DNA from: Amphiscolops sp. MND2022
Taxonomy: Eukaryota
Direction of reading: 5' to 3'
Assembly (NCBI GenBank): GCA_964187785.1
Contig: OZ076409.1
Span: 39,372,001 to 39,436,000, forward strand
Length of the DNA stretch: 64,000 nucleotides
The notes below the pieces were generated by a model. That model made no database searches, was not told the DNA's origin, and saw only the letters and a list, made by a program, of their open reading frames with translations. Position 1 is the first letter of the stretch. The number at the start of each line of letters is the position of its first letter. The position numbers were made by a program, and so were the translations under genes. Of the stretch, positions 26,414 through 40,300 are shown in pieces.

Positions 26414-26719
26414 TAACGTAACCTACAAAATCGGACGAGATTAAAGGGTCCCCCTTTCAATTTTTCGGCGCTTTTTTCGAAAAAGTCTTTGTCTTCAAAG
26501 GTTCCCCCTTCAAATTTATTGAATTCCCCCCTCGTAATATCTGAAGTGAAGCGCAATATCCGAACTTTTGACGTTATATCCGAAGTATGTTGCGTTTTAT
26601 TAAGGAGGAGGCGGAGGTTCGAAAACAGGAGTTTTTCACGAAAACGTCTTACGCATATTTTAAAACTGTACTTATTGAGCCGTAGATATAGCGCCGACTT
26701 GAGACGTTCCCGTCTAGTT
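26414..26719 (+). mobile_element. Non-autonomous dispersed repeat, possibly Helitron/Helentron-like
   Basis: Starts cgtaacc..aaatcggacgaga..aaagggtccccctttc and ends gagccgtagatatagcgccgacttg..cgttcccgtctagtt. Related copies lie near 54140-54790, 60880-61185 and 63820-64000. Confidence 0.5.
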
Positions 26720-27499
26720 AATACGAAAAACGAGTTTACATGCTTCAAATTTCACTATGTCAGTTTCAAGATCTCTCCAGAAGACAAATGCAAGATGAAT
26801 AAAAGATCAAATTTTTAGTAGGCGCATTTTATTAGGAAACGACTGTTACAATGACTGGTTTTTTTTTGTTTTTTTTTGAGAAACCACTGATTTTATGCAA
26901 AGGTTCCTTTTTTGAACAAAGTTATTCAACACCAGAATTTGAATCTCAAGAGCCATGAGCGCTTTCCTAGCAACAGGTCGTCGGTTCGATGTCTGCCTAG
27001 AACTAAATATCTTTGTTTTCAAACCCTTGAAACGTGTCCAGAGGCCCCTTTGTTTTTTTCGGCAATGTGCGACTTTTTTCCAAAAGTATTCATTTCACCA
27101 AAGGATCCCTCATGTTTTTCTCGCATTTCAAATTCCAAAAGCTTTATTTCAAGCCTAAATGGCCATTTTAAGTTTTCATCATTTTGTGGACGTTTTGGTT
27201 TCATTTGAAAAAGCGCTTTTTGAGGCCACAGGTTGCACTTGAAATATTGTTGCCATTCTGAAAGTTATAATGTTTTTAAAAAAGCCACACTGAGCACTTT
27301 AATGGGACTTTCAGTTTTAAGAAGTTTCAGAACCTCTCTTCTTGAAACTTTCTGTGTTTTGCGACAACATGGCTTTTCAATCTTTTTTGAAACAAAACAG
27401 AGAATTTGGGTATGATGATACAGTTTTTATTGTTAAATTCTTTTAAATATGCATATATATTCAATAACGACACAAATTGAGTAATACAACTATTCTGAA

Positions 27500-28430
27500 T
27501 TGCGCCCTTGGGAACCAAAATTAGTATTACTTTGATTTTTTTTAAATCAACGATAATGAGTCTCTGTTATCAAATAGGTATAACAATGCCAGAATCTGAA
27601 CAAAAAACTTTTGAATTCTCCTTAGAAAATCTCAGTTAAACTCGGATATAACAGTCCATTTTTTAGGTACATTGTACATTTTGCACAGTGTCTTTGTCAG
27701 TGATTTTCGTTTTACCCAAGTTCGACGAAAAGCTTGTGGAAGAAGGCCGTTTCTCTTTCAAACATCCCCAATGGGGATTCACCCCGTACTTGATTGATTA
27801 TTTCTTTTGTAAGCTCAACTAAACACGATTCGAAAACTGGTAGAATCTTTTGATCCATAAAGATGTCTCGGCAAGAGTTCCACATAGTTCAAAAGAACAG
27901 CCACTAAATTTTCTGAGTTTTCCCACTCCTAAATCTGTTTTTGTTGTACTGGCATAAATAAGTATTCCGTATAGTATTTTAGACTACGCAAACGAGATAT
28001 GAAACATCAACAGATGCTTGGAATAGATGGTTCGTACACGATGAACTAAACCACAGAAACTGTTTAATTTTTGTTCTATCCTCTATCCTTTGGGAAATCA
28101 GCAATGATGTCCTTTATTGTACTTCGGGACCAGCATAGTTCTGTTGCATGAAGCAAAAATTTATGATCTAAAGTGTCGAATGCTTTCTTGAAGTTGCTCA
28201 GCCATTGCAGTTTGAAACTTTTTGCTTAAACTGAACATTCGATATTATAGAACTTGCTCAAACATTTACGCCGCTAAGAGCTTCGAAAGGCTTACCGGAC
28301 TTTCGTATTCAAATGATTTAGCATCCCGCTTTGATACAATTGTATTTTTTTGCCAATTTTCCCCGCTGAATTGATTCATTGAGTGCAACAACAATATACG
28401 TTTCAATAATTGGTGAGCTCATTTTGAAAT
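27500..28430 (-). pseudogene. Degenerate LINE (CR1/L2-type) RT fragment
   Basis: Minus-strand remnants KKAFDTLDHKFL and KMSSPIIETYIVVALNESIQRG. Confidence 0.65.
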
Positions 28431-30749
28431 ATGGTTGCTTAGACCAGGTGAGCGACGGGGGGGGGGGGTCGAAATGGAGTGTTGCGCTTCGTTGCTTGCC
28501 GTTTCTCAAGGAGACGTCCGAGAGGGACAATTTTTGGTGGACAGCACTGACGGTGCTAATGATCCAAATCGCAAGTCTCTAGCTGGTATGGGTGTAGAGA
28601 AATAGCGGGGCGAAGGCACGTCCCCTTTGACAAGTGTCGCTCAGATGGGTGATGGTTCGCGAAAATTTTGAAGTTGCACCTATTTTCGTGAGGAATCGTT
28701 GGCGCAGGTCAGTGACATTTTTTTGCAAGGTAACGACGCCCTATGGAACGCTTTTGAGCGAAGAAAACAGATTTTTTGCAGAAATAGCGATTTTTTCGGG
28801 TTTTTTGTGTTTTCCTTGGTTGGAGCACGAGTTCTCCGTAAAAATGGGGAAAACGTAGCCTCGAGCCACAAGGGAGTCGGGAAAAACAAATGTTGACCGT
28901 TCCCACGGCTCTTTTAGTGATTTGTAGTGAAAAAGAGCGAACAGTGAAAAAAAGGGGAAAATCACCTAAAACTACAAGTGTAGACAGGTGTAAAAGCCTG
29001 AGGAACCGTTGTAAAGTAGTTCCACGAGCAAAACACAACACCAAGGCACTAGAATCAACTTTTGTAGCACGTTTAGTCGCTCCTGAAACCGCGGATAATC
29101 AAAAAATCTTGTAATTTTGCCGTTCTGGGACCTGTAGAGCACATTGTAGAAAACTCTGCAGAACCAACTCTAGAAAGCACGAGAGAGCTCGCGCGCTCTC
29201 ATTGTTTCTGTTTATAGTAAAAATAACGCATAGGTGGTGAAAACCGCATGTGGAAACTCCCATTCAGTGCTGCGAAAAGTGGAAAAACGCACTGAATTCT
29301 ACCAAATTTCCACAAAACCGGACTGTCCAATTGTTAGGGTCGGGTCATAGATTCCTGAACTCTAGCCAAAAACAAAAAAAGTCGTTGCATTTGCGCCACC
29401 ACCACCAAAATAAACGCTTGTGCCGAAAATTTGATGAGCCTAGCGCTAACCAAACTCGAGAAAAACTCTCTGACGTTTTGACTTCAGAAAAAGCTAGATT
29501 AGCCGAAAAAAGCCAAACCTGCAAGACTGATAGTGCTTCCTACTTATTAGGCATGACTGATTTAGGGCTAGTGGCAGTGCTGTGACCAGTGGGGCAACAC
29601 GTTGACACTTTTGTGCCTGCCGTAACATTTGTAGCGTTGACCCTCTCAGCCAATCTGTGAAAAAAGTGTCAAAAAGGACTGTTTTGCTATGATAGCGTCC
29701 CTACCAGGTCGATTCCTCAGGTAAGCTCGCGGGCTTCCTTCGGTCCACTGAACCATTATTGCGGGTGCCCACTGGCAGCGCCTACTAAATTTCGTGCCAA
29801 TCGGTGCAGTTTTTGTTGAGAAATTGACGAAAATGTACTGCACAAAAAGATGTGTGAAAAGGCATTTTTTCGAAAATTTTTGGAACTGCCTGAACACCTT
29901 TGCTGAACAACGGGGGCAAATTGCAGCCCAATAACGTAACTTGTACCGGTTGATGAACTGCTAGCGAGAAAACCGAACCGCTAACTGATACCAGTGTTGG
30001 GAAATTGTTCAAAAAGCGTGCATTTTGACTCGTACTGAGACATAGGTGTATCGCACGTCTGTACCGCGGCGAAATAGTGTACAAGCATCGGAGCCTAAAT
30101 CCGCGCCCTCCACTGTGTATCCACGTGTGTGTAGGATCATTTGACCAATGTTGAGCTTGTTCCGACTCTTGAGTGACGAGTACGAGCTACTTGTGCTTTT
30201 TTTGCACTGTCCGAGAAAATTCAAAATTGTTGTAAATGTCCTGCGCTCAATCCAACGAATGCGCAGCCCCTAACTGAGCTTATTTTCTGAGTTTGTGGGT
30301 TGAAAGCTACTGCTGGAGTGAATTTAAGCTCACTACGAGCACTAGAAGTGATTTCGAATCTTTTGAGACGTGTAGATTTTGGTTATATCCTCACCGAAAC
30401 GACCGGTGGTCGCGCACCCTCCAGAGACCCCTAGGTACGACTCCTGTGGCCCCTGGGGATACCTGACTGCCTGGTAATTCAAGCAGGGTTGCGTTGCATA
30501 CGGCCCCTCCCCCACCTGCGAGCGTGACGTTTTGAGCTTCGCTGCTAACCCAGTGGAGCACTTGCTGAAAGTTGCCACTTGCCTCTGTACACGTACTTAC
30601 GTCACAAGTGATCGCCACACCATGTTTTGGGCTGGTGCAGTGCCTATTGCCAAGGTGCTTACGCACCGTTCAACAGCCACACTCGAAACGAGCCGATCTT
30701 ACACGTCCAAAGCCACGGGAACGGGTTAGACTCAGGAAGTGAGCTCGGT

Positions 30750-33700
30750 TCAACGTGAGAGTTCCGGAGGTGATAGTAACTTGAGTCTACGGGAATGGCC
30801 CTCAGTGAAATCTTTAGTGACCAATTCCTTATTTTCAGAAGCAATGTCTGGTAGAGTAGCTATCGACCAACAGCGAAAGGAGGAGCAAAACGCCATGGCT
30901 CTTAATTCAGACAATTCACCGGTTTCGGAGGAACACCTCCGCAATGGGCAATGGATCCAGGATACCAGGGGTGGGTTGAAAACTTCACTTCAAACGGGAG
31001 GTTTCTGTCTGGAATCCAATAACACGGCCGTCAATGCAACTATCTCAACGAGAAGGGTGCTCGAGGGCACCCGACGAAGGTATCAGCTCTGGGAGCAAAG
31101 ATACCGATGCCATCCTTGAGAGCATGACGTACGTGGGTGGCATGAACTGTGCCAAATATCGTCTGGAGGCTGGTCGTACGAAGGCCTTTGGGACGCATTA
31201 AAAGGTGCGCGCTCCGACATTGCGTATGCCGGACGAACTGGACCGTGATATTGCACAGTGAAGGTGCGACAGCGCCACCTCTTCACGACGATCATCGACG
31301 TTTCATGCCGTGGAGGACGCAGTGGCCGCCAGAACCGCAATGTTACAAGCGGAGGCTTAGGCACATCGAGCTTTGGCACGCTCGGCGAATACCCGTGCCG
31401 AATGCAATGAGCAGCATAAGGTGATGACCGCAGAGCTTGAAGCCATGCAAAGCTCTGTAAAGGAGAGCCTGAGGGCTACCAACCAGCAGCACACTCTGCA
31501 AAAGTGCAATCTGCAAAAGTGGATGCTTTGGGATATTAGTTGGAAGAAATGAAAGATTGATTCCTCCAACGCAAAACTCGCATGGAAGTGCAGATGGCTG
31601 CGCTCAGTACAAAGATGCACTCACTGAGCAGTGCAACACATGGCAGCGACCAACTCGAAGCAGATAAGCCGACCACATCCAGCATAAAGGTGGTGCCTGC
31701 GCGCACCCCTGACCCGGCATTGATATTGAAGGCAAGCAATAAAACGGTAACCAAAGCACCCAAGCCTCCCGAGGCAACCAAGACGCCCACTAAGGTGCAG
31801 GTGTGTGCGTCAATTTCCCTGAGTACTGTTCAGCTACTGCCCACACTGTCACTCACTCGAACTGAAGACCGAGGAGTAGATCCTATGACCAACACCTCTG
31901 CGATCATAGACCTAACTGACACAAATGCCACAGCTGCATCCCACACCAGCAGTGTAGAAGACGACACTTACGCTACCGCTAGGGTAAGGACCACTGGAAC
32001 TGACTCGTTGTTCCTGACTGCTAGCGAGGGGGTGCTTGCGGGCAACACTAGTGCCAGTAGCACTCGTAAAAAGGAACACCTGAATGGAGATCTATCCACG
32101 CAAGCTAAGAAAAGTAGCCGGGATAATTCCCCTGTAGCCAGTGATGAATAGAAAGTAGTTTCCCCGGAACAGCTGCGTATCACAGCTGCATTATCCAAAG
32201 CTATGTCGAAGGAACTGGCTCCATTGTTAGCTGGCCGCAAACCCTCCCAACCCCGACCTAGTGTTTACAGAAGATCCAAAAAAGGCTCCATTGATGGCTG
32301 GATCCTAGTCATGCGCCGTTATCTACAACGCACGCAAACCAAAGCGACTCCAGATGATAAGGCTTGGGTCATCATCAGTCACGTGGAAGGCGAAGCTCGC
32401 AACTATATCATCAACAAGGCTGAGTCCGAACGGGACAAGCCTGAAAAAGTATTGGAATTGTTGGCCAGTCGATTCGGAACTGGAGGCAATCGGATGCAAG
32501 TGCGTCAAGCCTTTGCCATTCGACAAAAATCCGAAAAGGAAGACTGGATGCAGTAATTAGACGCTCTAGAAGGACTGCGCAGTCAGGGATTCCATTATGA
32601 GCCTATCACCACTAAGCGTTACGAAATACCGCAGCGCTTCATCGAGAGTGTCCTTGACGCTGCTTTGCGAAGGGAACTGTCCATCATTTACGCACCCGAA
32701 ACCACCGTCACTGCCCCACCCACTGTGGAATCTTTGAGGTTCACCACCAGGCAGTTGGAACGCAACCGACCCAAGTCTTCACAACCATATGATTCCCGGT
32801 ACGCTATGAGGTCGAGGCCTCATCCCTTCGCACCGTTACTCCCAAACAAGATTGTATTGCCGCGAGGAGTTTTGCCCCCACCTCCTCCAAGCAATGCACC
32901 AGTTAACCCGGCAGCTGCGCCACCAACTGCACGCTTGCCGCTCGTAAGCGGCGTCTGTTTCGCCGTGGGCAGACGGGTCACTTTGCCCGAGATTGTCCTA
33001 CCCGAGATCAGGCTTGCCAATGCGCCATAGTGCTAGAGCCAAAAGCCGTGAAAACCACTGCTGAGGACGTTCTAGAGTGCATCGCAGAGAACTGCTCCGG
33101 AGTCCGCTTTTGCGCCAATTGCGGCGTGGTAGATCACATCGCCTAACAATGTGTGGAAGCTCTTGTGGTGACTTCGCTTACAGTCGATGGGCGGAAGTCG
33201 AGGTGGCTGATGCAGCTGCCCACACTGTGCCACTAGAGGTTGATTGAGTGTTGGTGCTTCACCCCGCGGAACCTCCAGACTTCTACACAACCCTAACTAT
33301 AACGTGTGGTGCCAAGCAAGTGCAAACGTGCTTGGAACCAATTACCTTTGACCCCCAAGGGCGTACGCTCACATCTATTCATTTGATGTTGGCTGCAGAA
33401 CAGCTTTGTCGCCCGAGATTAACTGTGGCCAAAATCTGGGCTCAACTATCCATCCTGTACAAGCGAGTGGAACTCCCTCGCCCAAAAGAATGGTAAGTTC
33501 CCGGAGATTCGGACACTTTGACCACGAATTCTCCTGTGCTTATTTGCGCCACAAAAGACGGCGTGGTTGTGAAGTTTGAATCCTGCGTCGTATTTGACGT
33601 GTTCCCTCCCGGCAAACGCCTGGGATCCCAAGAGCTTAAATGCTACAACGTCAGTTACCAGGAACACACCGGCGAAGATCGAATAGACGAGCGTGGGTCG

Positions 33701-34130
33701 CTCGTCGTGTCCTTCATAGTGCGGCACCAATTCCAGGGACAGGCCACGTCTTTATCAGCGTGATGAACCTCACGAGCAACCCACAACGTATCCGTGGTAA
33801 CACCCTCTTGGGAACCGTGATATCCGTATACCTGGTATACAAAGTTGTGCCCCAACATGTGGATGGTCCAAAACCAAAAACTGAAGTCGATAAAGACCAT
33901 ATTGATTTTGTTACTTAATTTTATACGAAAACTAATCTCAGTACCAACTCGCAATTAACTGTTTCCTAGGAATTTGAGTTTTTTTCGTCAACAGATCCTT
34001 CCGAGGAAGGCATTTCAGACCGTGAAAAACGGAAACGCACAGATCCCGAGCTGATCGCTCCTATACCGGGACCAGAGTCACAGCTACAGGAGCTAAAGGA
34101 CCTGTGGAGCTCTGCAGCGAGCACCTCTCT
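30750..34130 (+). pseudogene. Decayed gag / protease-region coding sequence
   Basis: SIDGWILVMRRYLQ...HVEGEARNYI...LASRFG capsid-like block, CCHC remnants at ~32955-33150, LGSQELKCYNV and RIDERGSLVV; many stops and frameshifts. Confidence 0.78.
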
Positions 34131-34659
34131 AGAGAACACCTCGTTCCTAACACCTCGAGCGGTGTCGACAAAAGAAGTTCCAGGTCCAAAGGCGAAAAGA
34201 GACATGAAAAAGATCTTTATTGCTGAATTGCCATTCTCACGTTGAGTCATGTGCATTCTGTCTACTGTCTTTCCTGTAGCGGAGCTTGCGCCCTCCCAGC
34301 AAAAGAAATTTTAAACAAAAAACTGGAAAATCTGAATTGTAAAAATTGGAGAAAAAATTTTTAGCTGGCACTAGCCGCAAAAAACGTTTTAACCTCCAAA
34401 TGTGTTTCAAAATGGCAAAACCCACCAAAAAAATCCCAGCTCTCGAGCTGGTGCTAGAACGGTCAAAATTTTTTTGTAAAAATATGAAGTTTTGAGGTAG
34501 TATTTCATAGGATCCCAGACGGCACTATTCCTTCAACAGCTGTCAGACAAAGATTCGTCCTTGTTTCAAGACGTATTCACAGGTTGGGAGACAACCCTGT
34601 TCCTATACGAGGTCCTGCAGTGCTTGCGGCGGAGGACAAGCCAGAAGCCCGGGGAGTGG

Positions 34660-35360
34660 TGTAACGGCAATCTGTGATCACCGAAAAATTTTGAAAAACT
34701 CGTTCGAAACTGACGTGGCACTCGAGCATAATTTTGGTAAAGTACCTATCAGCAGAAATCATAAAGAGGCAGACAGAAAAGCGCCCCGGGAAGAGAGAGC
34801 GAGAAAAAAAAGCGTGACAAGGACGAAAAAAGTCAAAAACAGCGAATTGGCTGTATCCACGGTGTTTGTCTGGTGAAAATATGGTTTTGAATGACTGACC
34901 CGCAAATCAGCGTGACAGCTTGAAGATCGCAGTGCCCGTGCCCGGGGGTTGTGCCCAGCTCGAGCGCTGGTGCCATGCCTCCCGAAAGCCCACTAGTTTC
35001 GCCGAACTGGACTTAATTGTCGTAATTGATGTATTTGTTTGATTAGTTATTAGCTCGAGGGCTACTCCTACATTGTGCATTTACCCAGATTCCCGATGGT
35101 AAAAGTCACTACCTTGTTGTTTTTATGAGGTATCTACACGGTGGTTGTGAGAGGAAAGCACAATTCCTTTGATTCTTAGCAGTTACAGACTGGTATCAGG
35201 CCAGAGAGCATCTCTAGAGACGGTTCCCCCTCCTCGGGACCGGCTAGCCTTAGGAGGACAAAGTGAGCTGATATCATGGTAGTTTGTCCCGGACCAAAGC
35301 CATGGTCCCAGTTCCTCCACTCCAATGTCACGATACAAACGCTCAGCGCTTGCCGTTACA
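34660..35360 (+). repeat. 3' LTR
   Basis: TGTAACGG...CCGTTACA after the PPT; homologous to solo LTR 16862-17579. Confidence 0.88.
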
Positions 35361-36119
35361 TTTGTTTGAGATAAAAACGTAGTTTTCGTTATCCTCTTAG
35401 CTGGATGTTGCGATTTTTTGCTTTCGAAGACAGTTTTGTCCAATTGGTGTGAAATGTTCGATGATTGTTCTTAATCTGGAGTACCTGAAATTTGACACAT
35501 TGTCTTTTGTGTTCTTCCGAGGTAATATATCTTTCCGTAGTTGGATTCGGTCCAAGCCTTTCATTATCCGCTTCCCTTTTTGCTCCACGTATTTCAGACT
35601 TAACGTCGTTCCGTAATTTCTCATATATTGCTCTATTAGTTTCATTTGGAAATTCAATCAGGTTCAAAGAAATTTGGGAAATGATTGAATTCTATCTTCT
35701 TAAAGTTGATCGTCATTTATTGGACTGAGTTTGGGCTTCGGCAAGTTTTTAAAAATGACTGCTTTTTTACCCTTAAAGTTGTTCAAATATTTGTATTCGA
35801 GGGTGTTTTATCAAAAAAAAAGCAACTGTTTGTCGGGTGCCAGTAAAATTTTTATGGTCACTGTGTAGTGATCACTAAACTCTGTCAGCAGTGTTTTGGT
35901 ATTCTAGTAGTTTTTTATCATATGATCAAGACCTCGTAGATGTAACTCTCGTAGCCAAATGGTTTTTCTACCTTTCTCTGTTTTCCTGATTTCTGCCTGA
36001 ATGAATAAATATCACACGGATAACGTTATCTATAAAAATGTGTTCTTCAAACAGACATTTTTGTTAGTTCCTAATGACAACTCTGTAGTTGACGCCTAAC
36101 TCTGTAGGGAGTTTCGGAT
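35361..36119 (-). pseudogene. Degenerate LINE middle fragment (endonuclease end and linker)
   Basis: Remnants SDHYTV and YEKLRNDVKSEIRGAK; colinear with the RT fragment at 27500-28430. Confidence 0.6.
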
Positions 36120-36838
36120 TGTAACGTCCGGCTAGCGGCGCACATCTAGGAAGAGGGAAAATGCCTAGGGTGCTTAAACAGGAGACCGTTGTCTTACTAC
36201 ATCCCTAGACACTAGTTTTTCTTCCCAAAATGGTCTCCTAGGGGGACTTTTCTATCGTCTAAGGAGGCTTCTCTAGTTAGAGCCCCGAAGCGACGCGCCG
36301 GCACTCTCAAAGTCCGGACACGCCCCACAAGCCTGTAGAAACGTATCCTAGGTTCCTAATGCCTTCCTACGAGTTCCTACATGCCTCCGAGGTCAAAACA
36401 GTGATTAGCTGGAAAACATCTTATTTTGCAAATGAGATATAAAAAGACCTAGAAGGTCAAACATCTTTCAAATACCAAAGGGGAAATATGGGGATTACAA
36501 AGAAAAGCGGGGATAAACCCCAGTTACTTTACAGTTTTTAAGCCATCGTTAGAAATACGTCTCTGGTAATCTTCATCGGATGTTGCTGACTTCCACAGGA
36601 GATGGCACAACCCTCCGATAGTCGCTGTTTTGATATTTCTCGATCTTCTTGCATTCTTTCATCATTCTCTGCATTTTTTCTAGCACGTGCTCCATTTCTT
36701 GCTCGCTCTCCGCGTGTTCTCTCTTTTCTTTCACGCCTTTTGTACCTGCTAGGTCGGCCATCTTTTTTCTTCTATTTTGACATCGCACATTTCGAATTTT
36801 TCATCGAAATTTTGGTCATGCCGGTGGCAGACGTTACA
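36120..36838 (-). repeat. 3' LTR
   Basis: TGTAACGTC...GACGTTACA, with adjacent PPT ggcccggggagga on the minus strand. Confidence 0.95.
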
Positions 36839-37388
36839 TCCTCCCCGGGCCGTAGTTTGTCGTCCTCGGCAAACGAGAGGATGGTAATACCCAGGGGGTG
36901 ATAGCAATGCTGAGAGTTTTCCGAACACCTTGGGAAGGTTTCATTTTTTTAACTTGTTTTCTTTTAATCTCCAAATTTCCCTTTTATTTCCTCGCATTAA
37001 TGTCAGTCAGTCTTACGATAACTTAAGAATTTACTTGACAAAACTAAAAGCGTGGCAGACGATTTCAAAAATTACATGTAATTCCACGAACTTAAGTTAA
37101 ATTCTTTTTCTCTAGAAGGTGCTCTGGCACTTCTCTGAGTAACAAAATTCGCGTCATGGTAACAATGGTCATGTGTTGGGTTAGGGAGTGTGGGAACTGG
37201 CTCAGGGTCCACACGCACAGCATAGTTCAACTAAAATTCTAAGCATGTAACAAGTATTGTTCAGGAACTCAGTGTTTTAGCACCAACAAAAATGAAATGA
37301 TTTAGGACCATTAGGATGAAGTTGTGTTCATTTAAGGGCAAGTCCTGGTGTTCACTTAATGGACGAGTCGGCATCAGTAGCTACTCTT

Positions 37389-40300
37389 TCACTCATCGTT
37401 TTGGCTTTGTTGCGAGTCCGAAACGGATGAAGTCACTGTGGACTGCTGATTTGTTGACGATTCCGCCACCAAGGGAGGATATTGCATTGACTCGTCGATG
37501 GTGAGCAAATTATTCAACTCTGATCCAATATCGGCAGCGTCCATTTGCGATATTCCCGTCTCGGGTTCATCTTGGGTAGGGGTCGCGCTGTCGGACAGAA
37601 TGAAGTTATCGTCCATCATGGGTTCATCATGGGTTTCCGCGGCGATGGATGAATTCTCCTGGTCTTCTTCCATTCGAGTTTCATTTCCTTCCGAGGATAA
37701 CCTACGGGGTATTGTTTGCTGTCAGCTGCCGGGGGCAGCCGCATTTGTTGCATTATTTTCTTCGGTGATATTTCCCTGTGGGAAGTCAGGCAGCTTGTCG
37801 GCCAATTCTGGGTGGCCGTATTGTATGAATAAATTTTTGAAGGTCTGGATTCCACGTGCATAGTCTTCGACAACAGAATGCCCTCGTTCTTTTTGTTTGC
37901 TGTGTAGATTCAGGAACATTTCCAGCGCGGCGCGCGGATTGCTTGGGACATCTGTACTGATTGGCAAGGTTTTTCTATTTGGTTCTTTTGCCACTGAGGG
38001 CGTCTTGGCCTTTATGCGCTGGGATGTCTGGTGAACTGCTAAGTCCACCAAGTCTGGTTTCGACCAGCATGTTGTTGCTTGTAATATGTTGGATGGGTGT
38101 GCGCGGGGATTGGTTCGATTACAATACATCCTTGAAGCGTCACATACGTAAGGATACCGCAACCCGGTGGGGCTTTCGCCTCGCCTTCTGCCGCCTAATC
38201 TCTGGATCACAGTGGCTAAGATCCTTAAGATCACTTCTGTGCTCCAGTCTGCAAGGGAATGCGCTGCTCCTGTCGCTGGGTTCAGAGGGATATGTAGCCA
38301 TGCAATTGGGTGGAATTCCATTGGCATCGGGAGGGCGCATCGCGCACGTGCTCTTATAATAGACGTGAAGTTGTGTTCCACCTGCTTTTTGTCTTTGATG
38401 ATCGTGTAGGCCATGGGCGGTCGCAGGGAACTGAAGTTGGCTACTACTCTGCGGTAGGTGGGCTCCTGTTGGATTCCATCTGTTGTTACAAAGTGTAGTA
38501 TGGAGTAGGTGGGAGTATTCGCTGCCATACGTAAGACTTGGGTCGGGTATCTTAGTGCCATGACCGCGCCAAAGATTGGCCAGACTATGGGAGCTATTAG
38601 AGGTATTAAGTCCTCTGTTTCCTTGAAAAGAGCTAGGAGCTCTTCATGGAATTTCGGATCGTGAGTCTTCTCATCGAGGGTGGATTCGTCCCTTCTTTCA
38701 AACCAGAGGTTATCTATCAGGTGTTTTCGCTCACTCTCGTTTGGGTCAAATACTTTGCGAACACCGTTTTCGTCTATGGATCTGATGGACATTTGCATCC
38801 CATAGTCGTATGCAGTGGCTTCGTCAACAAGAAGTTGTGAGTTGCCTTCATATCCCGTATATCCTTGGACAGCCTTGGATATGTCGGCCAAGAATGCTGG
38901 GTACGATGCCTCACAGGGACGCCATGTGGTCACGTTGATCCCTAAGTTTGGGGCAACGATGTAGAAGTGCAAATCTCTTGCATAGGATGCTTCCATCACC
39001 AAAACAAGAATTGTTGCAACGCTCTTGGGAGATAGATGTACCCAGGAGGTGACACGAAGACAGTTCCTGTGTTTGGTTTCTTATTCCTCATCATTGTGGC
39101 AATGCGGGACATTGTTTCTATGTACGCGGTTACTTCGTCGGTGACAAATCCTTCAGTGAATCGAGTGCTCAGCGCATCGAAATGTCGCAGTGATCCTCGC
39201 AGTGCAAGGTGGTCGATCACGTTTGAGTATATCAGGATTGGTGGGAGAGGTATTGTTTCTGCCGCCGCTGGCGTGAACATTTTATCGGTTACCTCTGCCA
39301 TTTCATTGAGTGTGGTGCAGGGCATGTTCATTAGTCTGACATCCATCAGAGTATTGTTGGCAGTATACAATGATTTGATGGTTGAGTCGACAAAGAGAGC
39401 AATTCTGGTTTTTTGCAATAGGTCTTTCCCCATTGGTAGCAGGGTGATGGGGTTCCTGGCGTAATTTGTTGATTGCAAATGATTCTCTCCGAGTCTGCCG
39501 GGTCTCTGGCGAGCGAGTCGCTCGTTGGTTGCTTGGAGCGGTTGTAAGTACGTGGAGTTGCTGTTCTGCAATTCTCTCGTGAGACGCTCGAACCATGGTG
39601 GGACTCCTCCATCATTGGCGAATATTGGTGGCTTAACTGGTCGGTTGTAAACTACTCCAATGTTGGCCTTCTCTATAGTTCGCTGAGTGGTTTGGTCCCC
39701 TCTGCTGTTAGCGCTCGCAAACTTCTGTCTTGGGGGATTTTCTTCGTCAGGCATATTTGGTATTTCGCGTTGAAGACGCAGTGCGTCTCTCGCTGTAATA
39801 TCCAACTGTTTCATTTCTGCCGCAGTCAGCAGCTCTCTTGCGACTTTTTGCCTCCTGGCCTCTGGTTGGCTAGGGGAAGGGGCCGGAGTTCCCCTGTTTG
39901 ACCTTGAGCTAGTTTGTCCGTCTTGTTCCCTAGCTCTCTTGGTTGCGTTCAATTTGTCGCGAAGGTCCACTGGGGCATTGTTGGTCTTTCTTTCCTCTCG
40001 CTGTTCTTCTTTTTGCCGCTCATCCAGTTTTGGATCTTTTTGAAATCCTACTAGTCTGCTGGGTTCGTTTTGAGCAGGTTGGGTGTTGGAGGTGGAGGGA
40101 ATTAGTTCTTCGTATGAGTCTTGGAACGTGACTTTTCTCGTCTGGAGTGTTTCGTTGGCCTGTTCTTGTGTTGTTACTTGGTTGCATTCGATGGGGTTTG
40201 TTTGCATCGCTTGCACCCCTCCCCCCTGAAAGGTGGAAGGAAGCATGAAGCCAGAAGTAGATGGAGTAAGCGGTCTGATACCCACAGATGCCAGAGGCAT

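Larger units (their letters stand above)
28430..35360 (+). mobile_element. Gypsy element, 5'-truncated and internally deleted (long 5' leader, gag, partial protease region, PPT, 3' LTR)
   Basis: Gag remnants, homology of 33250-34130 to 46600-47890, and PPT cccggggagtgg before LTR 34660-35360. RT/RH/IN are absent. Confidence 0.82.

Noticed and set aside
36573..36788. 71-aa ORF duplicated at 53448-53663
   Set aside because: It lies within the LTRs, so the duplication is explained by them; it is purine-rich low-complexity sequence with no motif.
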